Below, one piece after another: positions 6,814 through 14,829 of a stretch of 32,000 nucleotides of DNA. Both the position numbers and the translations under genes were made by a program. The notes under the pieces were generated by a model, which was not told the DNA's origin, made no database searches, and saw only the letters and a program-made list of their open reading frames with translations. This stretch comes from Dehalococcoidia bacterium (GTDB taxonomy: Bacteria > Chloroflexota > Dehalococcoidia > Lucifugimonadales > JAAXIE01). Within the stretch, counting starts at the first letter, position 1. Every line of letters begins with the position of its first letter. Where the stretch lies: the NCBI GenBank assembly GCA_965248385.1, contig CBDFIZ010000002.1, positions 1,663,994-1,695,993 on the forward strand, written 5' to 3'.

Positions 6814-7311
6814 TTGAAGATTGTTTTCTCTGAGGATGTGGCCAGCGCCTTGGTTGTCGTCGGTGTTGGCATCGTGGGGGCTGCCTCTGTACTGGTGCCT
6901 GCGTTGCTGATCGATGTGTGGGACGTTGCGCTCATCGGTCTGGCCGTTGGAACCGTCTACTTTACTTTTCTGGGCCTCTGCTTCTGGTTCCTCGACGGTG
7001 ACTGGTCGGTTTCCAATGAGCTAATTACGATGTCCCCCTTCTTGCTGACGTCAGCATTCTTGGGGGCTGTGGGCGCATCGGGTGTGACTATGATCACCGC
7101 AGCCATGATCGCACGCTATGAATTGGGCGCCATCTGCGTGGTCACGCTGATTGCAATGTTGCCTATTGGGCTTGTGCGAGAAGCTTTCCGAAAGATGTCC
7201 GACGAAAAACCGTCTCGGAGGTGGGCTGTAGGAGCTTGGGTTGCGCCATGTGCGGTGCTGGACTCCCTGATGTGGTTCCGGCCGGACCTGTTGCGGCTGC
7301 CACTGACGTGA
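6814..7311 (+). CDS. Hypothetical integral membrane protein (about 4 TM segments)
   Basis: This 165-aa ORF has a TTG start and four long hydrophobic stretches (VVVGVGIVGAASVLVPALLI; ALIGLAVGTVYFTFLGLCFWF; FLLTSAFLGAVGASGVTMITAAMI; ICVVTLIAMLPIGLV). I recognise no family. Confidence 0.5.
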   Translation: MKIVFSEDVASALVVVGVGIVGAASVLVPALLIDVWDVALIGLAVGTVYFTFLGLCFWFLDGDWSVSNELITMSPFLLTSAFLGAVGASGVTMITAAMIARYELGAICVVTLIAMLPIGLVREAFRKMSDEKPSRRWAVGAWVAPCAVLDSLMWFRPDLLRLPLT

Positions 7312-7402
7312 AGAGGGTTAGGCGCGGACCGACTAGGGAATGGGTCTCTTGGGCCGCCGTTAGGCACTCCGGCCGTACCGTTCCTTCTGGTAAGCCACCC
7401 AT

Positions 7403-8383
7403 TCAGTAGACACTTGGCCACATTCCTGCTCCACGGCGTTGACCAACGTCGCAGGATCGATCATCGCGAAGCTGTCGGGTCGCTTCAGGGATGCCTTTAT
7501 TTGCCTTTATTATGGCCTCTACATTCTTGCCGGGAAATCGCTCGGCCAACGCTGGCGAAGTGATCCTCTCCGAGAATGTCGTGTTCCCCTTGGGTACGAC
7601 AACCACCACCTTCGCGTCGGACACACCCAGTTCCCCGTCTCTCACCATGCGGACGGCGAGGAGCCCGAGGCGCATGGCTTGATAGAAGGGCTCGTAAAGG
7701 AACTCATCCATCGGAACGCTGCCGTTGAATGATGAAGAAGCCGAGGGATACAGGTGAGTGTATCTGCCCCACCTCGTGTGACCGCTCCGTCCTTTGCCTT
7801 TGTAATTGCGACGCGAGTATTCCTCGCCGTACTTCCATTCGATCAGATACGCGCAACGGCCTAGGCCCTTTGAGGCGATTATGAAAGCGTCAACGCTGGT
7901 GTTGTTGGCGCCACGTTGCCTACCTCTCTCCAGCGAACGCTCTACGCCTATCCATTCGAACTCGAGGGGCGATACCCTATCTTCGTGATGGATATCGACG
8001 ACCTCTTTTGCGTTGGCATCGATTGAGCGGACAACTGTCCCGAGTGCGCCCGGAATCGCACATAAGGGGAGGAGGAAATTAACGCAGGCGAGTTGTGAAC
8101 TCATCATGTGGCGTGTGGGCCCGTGGGACCCGCGAGTGTCGCCACTACGTTGCGTGTGGTGCTACTGAATGCGGCGTTCCTCGAAGAACTTCCAAGCGCC
8201 ATCGTCGCCCCTAAGACTTGGGTAGAGGTCCTCTTGCTCGTAGCCGAGGGCTAAGAGGTAGCCGTGCCGTTGTCCTATGCTGTCAGACGGTGACCGTCCA
8301 AGGTCGGTTACGGTGGGCGAATTGTCCCTGAATCGGACTTGCCGTTCGCGAGCAGCCTCAGTGCATTCCGAGATCGGACACAC
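7403..8383 (-). pseudogene. PD-(D/E)XK nuclease-like gene interrupted by a single in-frame TAG
   Basis: ORFs 8162..8383 and 7403..8107 are in the same frame (8383-8107=276). They are separated only by the TAG at 8162-8164 and 18 open codons. The putative catalytic core is SVDAFIIASKGLGRCAYLIEWKY (D...E-x-K). The SSQLACVNFLLPL segment sits just after the stop. Confidence 0.65.
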
Positions 8384-8420
8384 CGTTCTCCCGTTCCGGA
8401 CTAACGGTCGCTGGTGGTCT

Positions 8421-8954
8421 CTAGAAGAAGACGGTGAGGTTCTTGGCCATCAGGACGTTTTGGTCGAGGGTGATTTCGCGGCTGGCGATTTTCCAGGCCC
8501 CGTCGACTTTGCGGAGGACGTCTTGGCGCTTGCCGACGAAGAAGTCGGTCTCGGTCTCGACGCGGTTACGGTAGACGACGAAGCGGCTCTTGGTGGTGAC
8601 CTCGTCGCCCTCTTCGCGGAGGAGTTGCACGTTGGAGACGATGTGGCAGACGCGGGACTGGGGTTCCTCGGCCCAGTGGATACCGGTGAGTATCTGGCGC
8701 ACGCGCTGACTCAGCGTCTCCTTGCCCTCGTCGAACCAAGACATGTCGCCGATGCCCGTGGTGTTCTCCCTAGCGGTCTGGTCGAACTTGACGTTACGTC
8801 GCATGGGCATGAAATACCGGGTGTCGTCCGTGAAAAGCTCCAGCCACTCCTCGTAGCGGCGCTGGTCCAGAAGCTCAGCCTCTTGGTAGAAAAAATCTTC
8901 CACCTCCCGGGCGAGTAAGAGGCGGCGTATTGCGGAGGATAGGTCTTCTGGCAT
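8421..8954 (-). CDS. Aromatic ring-hydroxylating oxygenase beta (small) subunit, pair 1
   Basis: This 177-aa ORF has a SnoaL-like fold pattern (VEDFFYQEAELLDQRRYEEWLELFTDDTRYFMP...WKIASREITLDQNVLMAKNLTVFF), typical of BphE/NdoC-type beta subunits. Confidence 0.85.
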   Translation of the reverse strand: MPEDLSSAIRRLLLAREVEDFFYQEAELLDQRRYEEWLELFTDDTRYFMPMRRNVKFDQTARENTTGIGDMSWFDEGKETLSQRVRQILTGIHWAEEPQSRVCHIVSNVQLLREEGDEVTTKSRFVVYRNRVETETDFFVGKRQDVLRKVDGAWKIASREITLDQNVLMAKNLTVFF

Positions 8955-9037
8955 TAGTGGATGCTCCTGTTTGATGAGGCCATGTAGGTCGGGGTAAACG
9001 ACTAACTGCGGATGGAGGACAATGGGGATGCCTCTAC

Positions 9038-9066
9038 GTGGATCCCTGCCTGCGCAGGAATGACGT
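9038..9066. repeat. REP-like hairpin repeat, family 1, copy 4
   Basis: gtggatccctgcctgcgcaggaatgacgt. The stem is cctgc/gcagg (both arms changed), and the GGAT and AATGACG flanks are retained. Confidence 0.7.
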
Positions 9067-9145
9067 TTGGTTGATTCGGGCGAGCAACAGGCGGCGTATT
9101 CCGGACGATTCTTCTTCCATGGGCTGGGGCTCCTTGCTGGGAGTA

Positions 9146-10033
9146 TTACCCGGTTTCCTTAGGGGCGCGTATCTCGGCGTCGGCCATCTGCTCGAGGATC
9201 TGGACGGCTGCGGGGAAGCCCTTTACCCCCAGACCTTGAGCTTGGGCCCGCTTGAACACGTTGTCCGCGATATCGCCTATGGGGGAGGGAACGGCGAGGT
9301 CTCGCGCGAGTTGGCATGCCAAAGACAGGTCCTTGGCGACGATATCCAAGCTGCCTATGGAAGGGAACACACCGTCGTAGACCGAGCGTGGGTAGTGGTC
9401 AAAAGCGCGAGATGCACCAGCGCTGACAGGCACGATCTGGGCCAGCACGTTCAGGTCTACCCCCGACTTCACCGCCATGAGGAGGCCCTCGGCGGCGGCA
9501 ATGAAGTTGGTGTAGCCCAAATGTTGGGTCACCAGCTTGGTCACGCAACCCTTGGTGCTTTCACCTACGTAGAATACGTTCCGCCCCATGGCATCCAGTA
9601 CAGGCTTGTACTTGTCGAAGGTTTCGCGTCTTCCAGCTGCCATGATGGTCATGTTGGGTGGGCGCTGGCTTACCGGCGAGTCCATCAGATCGACGCCCAT
9701 GGCTTGGAAAGCCTCTGCCACACGCTGGACCACGCCGGGCGAATTGGTGGTCATGTCGAAGTAGGCGCTGCCGGGAGCTAAACCGGCCAGAAGGCCGTTC
9801 TCCGGGTCGAGGGCCACCTTCTCCATCTCATAGGGGCCCGGCAAAGAGGTGAACACAACTTCGCTGGCTTGGGCCACCTCTCGCGGGCTATCGGCCCAAT
9901 GGGCGCCCCGCTCGCACAGGTCGGTGGTAGCCTCGCGCCGGAGGTCGTTGACCGTGAGCTCGTGCCCTGCGTCTAGCAGGCAACTGACCATGGGGTGTCC
10001 CATGGTGCCCGTTCCTACAAATCCTACTCGCAT
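9146..10033 (-). CDS. NAD(P)-dependent oxidoreductase, 3-hydroxyisobutyrate/6-phosphogluconate dehydrogenase-like family
   Basis: This 295-aa ORF has an N-terminal Rossmann motif (MRVGFVGTGTMGHPM), followed by the HIBADH-type layout. AAGGAG lies 8 nt upstream of the ATG. Confidence 0.8.
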   Translation of the reverse strand: MRVGFVGTGTMGHPMVSCLLDAGHELTVNDLRREATTDLCERGAHWADSPREVAQASEVVFTSLPGPYEMEKVALDPENGLLAGLAPGSAYFDMTTNSPGVVQRVAEAFQAMGVDLMDSPVSQRPPNMTIMAAGRRETFDKYKPVLDAMGRNVFYVGESTKGCVTKLVTQHLGYTNFIAAAEGLLMAVKSGVDLNVLAQIVPVSAGASRAFDHYPRSVYDGVFPSIGSLDIVAKDLSLACQLARDLAVPSPIGDIADNVFKRAQAQGLGVKGFPAAVQILEQMADAEIRAPKETG

Positions 10034-10087
10034 GGAAAGGCTCCTTGGCGTTCTCGACTTGCTGTGCTTAGTCTTGCTGTTGCTAGT

Positions 10088-11428
10088 TTAGTGGCTTGCC
10101 TTGGGGGTCATTAGGTCTTCCCAATTGTCGGCGTCCATGAATTCAGCCCAACGCTTGTAAAAGCCGCGCTGGTTCTGCTCGGTGATGTTGGGGGTGACCA
10201 AGCCGGGCAGGGGCACGTCGGAGCCCTCGTAGCCCATCCCCATCTGGTAGTTGTAGGGGTAGCGCCGGGCGATTACGCCCTTGCTGGCTGCTGAGGCGTA
10301 ATTCCAATTCTCCATATCGTCCTGCTCGGTCATGCCTGCGGGGCCGGAATAGCGCATGTAGTAGTGGCGAAGTATCTCTTTGACCTCAGTCGGGGCGTCC
10401 TTGTCCACGAGGAACCAGCGCCAAGCCTCGGTCTTCATCGCTCCACGCGGGTGCCAAACGGCGATGGAACGGGGCTGGCGGGCTAAGTATGACCCGTTGG
10501 GGAACACCGTGCCGACGGACCCTAGGAGGTTGGCGCCCTTGCCCATGCGACGCTTGCGCTCCTCATAGCAGTGGCGGAAATACTCCTCGACTATGGGGTG
10601 GTTCTGGTAGCTGGGCGAGTAGGCGCCGTCGACGTCCTGCCAGTAGGAGAGGGCCCCGTGGCCCCCTTCCGGGATGGTGGTCGCCACACGGTAGGACGAG
10701 TCGCGCTCGTCGGTGTCGCGACGGTTGCGGCCGCTGGGGCCGATGCCCACCATGTCCACGGAGCGGTGGCTGATATTGTGATAGGCGTCGCCGGAGAAAT
10801 TCTCGGCGGCGAACTTCCAGTTGCTGGGAATGACCCACTTCTGGATGCCCACCAGCACCTCGGAGCCGCCCTCACTGCCGTCACGGGAATCCAAGGCCGT
10901 GTCTAGGTATGTCTTCATGTCGCCCAAATAGTCGGTGAAACCTGGGGCCGAGGCGTCCCAATTAGCCCAGATGGTGCCCTTGTAGTTGGCCAGCTGGGCC
11001 ACTTCGATGAGGCCCCAACGCGACTTGTCCAATTCTTCGCGGTAGGCCTCCTTGAAGTAGGGTACGCCGACCAGTTGGCCGTCGGTAGCGTAGCTCCAGC
11101 CATGGTAGGGGCAGGTGAACACTGCTGTGTTGCCCTCGTCGTAACGGCACACCTTCATGCCGCGGTGCATGCAGGTGTTGAGGAACACATGTATCTGCCC
11201 TTGGCGGTCGCGGCAGAGAATCACCGACTCTTCGCCCATAGAAGACACAAAATAGTCTCCCGGCGAGGGCACTTGGCTCTCGTGGCCTACGAACAACCAA
11301 CTGCGGGCAAAGACCTGTTCCTGTTCCTGCTGGTAGACGGAATGGTTGACGAACACTTCGCGGCTAATCGTCCCTTGGGAGAGGTCAACCAAGCTGCCCG
11401 TTGTGGCGTTTCCGTTGCGAACGGCCAT
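10088..11428 (-). CDS. Rieske ring-hydroxylating oxygenase alpha (large) subunit, pair 1
   Basis: This 446-aa ORF has the Rieske motif CMHRGMKVC-x17-CPYHGW and a mononuclear iron region (ENFSGDAYHNISH). AAGGAGG lies 8 nt upstream of the ATG. Confidence 0.92.
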   Translation of the reverse strand: MAVRNGNATTGSLVDLSQGTISREVFVNHSVYQQEQEQVFARSWLFVGHESQVPSPGDYFVSSMGEESVILCRDRQGQIHVFLNTCMHRGMKVCRYDEGNTAVFTCPYHGWSYATDGQLVGVPYFKEAYREELDKSRWGLIEVAQLANYKGTIWANWDASAPGFTDYLGDMKTYLDTALDSRDGSEGGSEVLVGIQKWVIPSNWKFAAENFSGDAYHNISHRSVDMVGIGPSGRNRRDTDERDSSYRVATTIPEGGHGALSYWQDVDGAYSPSYQNHPIVEEYFRHCYEERKRRMGKGANLLGSVGTVFPNGSYLARQPRSIAVWHPRGAMKTEAWRWFLVDKDAPTEVKEILRHYYMRYSGPAGMTEQDDMENWNYASAASKGVIARRYPYNYQMGMGYEGSDVPLPGLVTPNITEQNQRGFYKRWAEFMDADNWEDLMTPKASH

Positions 11429-11742
11429 GTGTTGCGCCTCCTTGCGGCGTGGGCTCCAGTTGTGCGCATCCTAACAATGCGCATCTGGAGGGTCAAGGCT
11501 GACGTGCTTGCCGGATATGCGGCGGGTCTGGTGTAGTGTGTTGTAGGCTCGTTGACCGTAAAGTCCGCCCAATGTTACGGTGTTTTTCTGTGATGACGGA
11601 AACGAAGACGACGGGGCAACGACAACCAGACCCGATGGAACAGCCAGAGGATCAATGGCTGGATAGTATGGACCAGCGCTATCGCACCCCCTGAAGGCCA
11701 CACCTACGTGAGTAATCACAACTACCGTACCAAGGAGATTTT

Positions 11743-12066
11743 CTACGTAGACTGACCTCTCTCCTCTCCCTTCTCCTCCTTTAAGGCCTCACTAACCGCT
11801 GAGGCCTTAAAATTTGTCCCGATGCACCATGATAGCTTGGGGGTTTGCTCAGCCAGGGCAACCATCTCACTAATGAATATACGAATGCAGTAGTGGCAAC
11901 CCCACACCTTGAGATCAGTCACCTCTGGATGGTTGACTATCTCAATCGTGGAATATGTTTCACCACACTCGTGATACTTGAATCTCCTGCGTAAGTCCTT
12001 ATTCACTGGTGGCTCCTCTCCTTCCCTAAGGTGTCTCAGAGACAGGCTACCTCTACTGCTCATCAT
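11743..12066 (-). CDS. Hypothetical small Cys/His-containing protein; weak call
   Basis: This 107-aa ORF lies in a lower-G+C stretch. AAGGAGG sits immediately before the ATG ATG. The segment RRRFKYHECGETYSTIEIV loosely recalls a zinc-ribbon knuckle, and a second WGCHYC is present. A perfect 11-bp hairpin lies inside its 3' end, so the reading frame may be fortuitous. Confidence 0.25.
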   Translation of the reverse strand: MMSSRGSLSLRHLREGEEPPVNKDLRRRFKYHECGETYSTIEIVNHPEVTDLKVWGCHYCIRIFISEMVALAEQTPKLSWCIGTNFKASAVSEALKEEKGEERGQST

Positions 12067-12329
12067 TCCTCCTTATGGTCCTTTCAATACTACACATCAA
12101 CAACGTCTATTTCTCCCACGCCCGCCCTCCGGCAACGATACCTGCCGCTGGCCCCTGGGCCAAGCCAACACTCAGCGAGGAGGGAAGCCATGGAAGACTG
12201 TCATATCATCACCGAGTACCTCGTTGGATGAGTTACAGAGTAGACAGGGACACCCCTTCGCAAGGACCATGAGAAACGTACCCGACGAGAGTGGCATCTA
12301 CATGCTACCCGACGCCGAGTCCCACTTGC

Positions 12330-12359
12330 TTGACATCCGTTGTTGGGCGCAAGTATCGT
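12330..12359 (+). promoter_or_regulatory. Putative sigma70-type promoter for RHO pair 2
   Basis: TTGACA (12330-12335), 18 nt, TATCGT (12354-12359). It lies about 35 nt upstream of the ATG at 12394. Confidence 0.4.
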
Positions 12360-12393
12360 CGAAGGTACGTTATTGCCTATGGAGGCCACACCT

Positions 12394-13668
12394 ATGATCT
12401 CGGAGACCCGCTTGGGGGCCAGCTACGACCACTTGGTGCTGGAAGAGAAGGATACTTTCAGGGTACACACGCGGGCCTACAGCGACCCCGATGTTTTCGA
12501 GCAGGAGATGCGCACCATCTTCGAGAACAACTGGGTGTACGTGGCCCATGAGAGCGAGATCGCCCAGCCCGGTGACTACCGCACCTCTGCCGTGGGGCGC
12601 ATGCCGGTGATCGTGAGCCGCAGCGCCGAAGATCAGGTGCATGTGATGCTGAACATCTGCAGACACCGTGGCAGCGTGGTGTGCAGGGATGAGCGAGGCA
12701 ACTCTCGATTCTTCCGCTGTCCCTATCACAGCTGGGTCTACCGCAACGACGGCGCAATAGTGGGCGTGTCTGACCGTGAGGGCTACCCCGAAGGTTGGGA
12801 GGAGGGCATCGGCGGTTTGGTGATGGCTCCCAAGGTAGAGACATATCGTGGCATGATTTTTGCCAGCTTCAACGAGAACGTGCCCAGCTTGGAAGAGCAT
12901 CTGGGCGCCCTCAAGACCTACGTCGACTACTGGTTCGACCACTCACCGGTCGGCCGCGTACGGTTGGGCAAGCCCTACCGCGCTTACTTCCCCGCCAACT
13001 GGAAGTGCCAGATCGAGAACTCTACCGATGGTTGGCACGCGCGCTATGTCCACGAGTCGGCCCTGCAAACCATCGAGGAGTACGGCTCCCGCGGTCGCAC
13101 GGTGGGCTGGCCCGGCTGCACTCGTGGCTTCCCGCAAGGTCATGGTCTGCTGGAGGCGGAGCGCAATGACGTCCCGCCCGAGGTCGGAACTGAGTTCGAC
13201 CAGCACTTGGACCTGCTGCGGGATCGGTATGGGAAGGACGAGGCGGAGCAGCTATACATGCGGCGCCACATCGCGCTCTTCCCCAACCTGCACCTGATGG
13301 AGTTCAAGTTCCGCGTGATACAGCCCGTGGCTGTGGACCGCACCATCATCTATGAGTACCCTGTGGAGCTTGAGGACGTGCCGGAGCCTGTGAACAAGGC
13401 CATCTTCCGGCGCATCGCCCAAGACATATCAGTTTCCTCCGGGTCGTTCGTCTCTGGCGCGGTGAATACCGACGACGCCGAGATTTACTCCCGAATCCAG
13501 AGCGGGCTGGCGGCGAACAAGCTGGACTGGCTGCAGCTTTCACGAGGTCTGTGGCGGGAGGAACGCCGTCCCGACGGAGAGACCATCGGCGACCGCACCG
13601 ACGAGGTGCCTCAGCGGGCTGTCTGGCGGGCTTGGGCACGGCTCATGGGCAACGGGAACGGGGCCTAA
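12394..13668 (+). CDS. Rieske ring-hydroxylating oxygenase alpha subunit, pair 2
   Basis: Rieske motif CRHRGSVVC-x17-CPYHSW and iron region NSTDGWHARYVHE. The ORF track opens at 12340 (TTG), but that position overlaps the predicted promoter. The ATG at 12394 has GGAGG 8 nt upstream. The ATG at 12379 is an alternative. Confidence 0.88.
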   Translation: MISETRLGASYDHLVLEEKDTFRVHTRAYSDPDVFEQEMRTIFENNWVYVAHESEIAQPGDYRTSAVGRMPVIVSRSAEDQVHVMLNICRHRGSVVCRDERGNSRFFRCPYHSWVYRNDGAIVGVSDREGYPEGWEEGIGGLVMAPKVETYRGMIFASFNENVPSLEEHLGALKTYVDYWFDHSPVGRVRLGKPYRAYFPANWKCQIENSTDGWHARYVHESALQTIEEYGSRGRTVGWPGCTRGFPQGHGLLEAERNDVPPEVGTEFDQHLDLLRDRYGKDEAEQLYMRRHIALFPNLHLMEFKFRVIQPVAVDRTIIYEYPVELEDVPEPVNKAIFRRIAQDISVSSGSFVSGAVNTDDAEIYSRIQSGLAANKLDWLQLSRGLWREERRPDGETIGDRTDEVPQRAVWRAWARLMGNGNGA

Positions 13669-13671
13669 TCG

Positions 13672-14187
13672 ATGGCCACCCTGTCCCGCAACATGACCCG
13701 CCAAGAGGCTGAGGACTTCCTGTACAAGGAGGCCCGGCTGCTGGACGAAAACCGGCTGGAGGAATGGCTGTCCCTCTTCACTGCCGACGGCGTTTATTGG
13801 TTGCCCATTGACGAGGAGGACGACCCTGAACGTCAGGCCTCTGTGATATACGACGATCCGTTGCAGCGGGAGAAGCGGGTACACCAGCTACGGCAAGGGG
13901 CCCGTTACTCCCAGTTGCCTGCGTCACGGACTATCCACTACCTGTCCAATGTTGAAGTGGACTCTTCGCCCGACGGCGAGGTCCACCTCCGGTGCAACGC
14001 GCTTATTCTCGAGTTGCGGCCTGGCGACCACCAAGCTATCCAGAAGGGGCTGGGCAACCAGAGGGTGCTGGCGGGGCGCTGTTTCTATCGCTTGGTGTTA
14101 CAGGATGGCGGCTGGCGCATCGCCCTGAAAAAGATGCTCCTCATCGACCGCGACATGCCTCTGTATAACCTGACCTTCGTCCTTTAG
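13672..14187 (+). CDS. Ring-hydroxylating oxygenase beta subunit, pair 2 (divergent subtype)
   Basis: This 171-aa ORF starts 3 nt after the alpha stop. It has a SnoaL-like N-terminal pattern (AEDFLYKEARLLDENRLEEWLSLFTADGVYWLP). Its C-terminus differs from pairs 1 and 3. Confidence 0.8.
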   Translation: MATLSRNMTRQEAEDFLYKEARLLDENRLEEWLSLFTADGVYWLPIDEEDDPERQASVIYDDPLQREKRVHQLRQGARYSQLPASRTIHYLSNVEVDSSPDGEVHLRCNALILELRPGDHQAIQKGLGNQRVLAGRCFYRLVLQDGGWRIALKKMLLIDRDMPLYNLTFVL

Positions 14188-14194
14188 GCGGGCT

Positions 14195-14434
14195 ATGGAA
14201 CAGGAACGTGTGGTTCTCAAGAACGAATTCGCCACCGTAGAAGTCACCCGCGATGATACGGCTAACGGCAGTCGTCTACTCATCAAGGACCTACAGACAG
14301 GCCGGCAAGTCTACCTAGACCCGCTGGAGCTGGAGGCGCTGACGCGAGCGCCGCATAGCGCATTCGCCCGATGGCTGGACCCGGACCTGCATGCGGGCGA
14401 GCCCGACGACGCTCGGCTGCCCACGAGGCAGTAG
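14195..14434 (+). CDS. Hypothetical small protein tightly following RHO beta 2
   Basis: This 79-aa ORF starts 7 nt after the beta stop. Its sequence is not low complexity (VLKNEFATVEVTRDDTANGSRLLIKDLQTGRQVYLDPLELEAL). I can name no motif. Confidence 0.45.
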   Translation: MEQERVVLKNEFATVEVTRDDTANGSRLLIKDLQTGRQVYLDPLELEALTRAPHSAFARWLDPDLHAGEPDDARLPTRQ

Positions 14435-14439
14435 TAGCC

Positions 14440-14658
14440 TCAGGTTTTTTGCCCTTGTCCAGTGTCCGGCGGGTGGATGCCCAGCTCAATCAAGAGGCTC
14501 TTGTCACCGGTCTGCTGGAACACTCGCCACGCGTCCATACGTTTTTGCACTATGTCCCGCTGCTCGTCGGTTACTTCAAGATGTCCCCAGCGGCGCAACA
14601 CTCGGCCTTCCGAATCGCGGTGCTTGGCAAAGGGATCGTCCTTTTTGTCTGAACTCAT
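14440..14658 (-). CDS. Hypothetical small charged protein
   Basis: This 72-aa ORF has GAGGA 6 nt upstream of its ATG. It converges on the previous ORF with a 5-bp gap. I recognise no family. Confidence 0.4.
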   Translation of the reverse strand: MSSDKKDDPFAKHRDSEGRVLRRWGHLEVTDEQRDIVQKRMDAWRVFQQTGDKSLLIELGIHPPDTGQGQKT

Positions 14659-14742
14659 AAATCGTCCTCGCGCTAGTTATACGTCTACCTCACTCGATTG
14701 CCAAGCCGTGCCATAACACAAGGTCCCTCAGGCCAACTTGTG

Positions 14743-14772
14743 TTGACCATGTTTCCGCCGCGCCACTACAAT
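14743..14772 (+). promoter_or_regulatory. Putative sigma70-type promoter for the amidohydrolase gene
   Basis: TTGACC (14743-14748), 18 nt, TACAAT (14767-14772). It lies about 58 nt upstream of the GTG start at 14830. Confidence 0.5.
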
Positions 14773-14829
14773 CGCAGCCACTTGGCCCTAGCAACAATTA
14801 CGGGGCCCGACGCATGAAGGGAGACTTCT

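Noticed and set aside
8162-8164. The in-frame TAG read as pyrrolysine or programmed read-through.
   Set aside because: No pyl genes or any other supporting context are visible. A one-step TGG to TAG mutation or a sequencing error is the simpler explanation. I kept it only as a check within the nuclease finding.
12340-12393. The upstream extension of RHO alpha 2 from the TTG at 12340, and similarly the N-terminal extension of livG (29646-29729).
   Set aside because: The extension at 12340 overlaps the predicted promoter and has no RBS. For livG, the internal ATG gives the classical ATGA coupling with the preceding gene and the usual ATPase N-terminus.
6483-14310. The shared pentapeptide DLQTG in the two small proteins 6423..6716 (VVDLQTGERMRL) and 14195..14434 (IKDLQTGRQVYL).
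   Set aside because: Five residues with no extended similarity on either side is within chance expectation. This is not evidence of a family.
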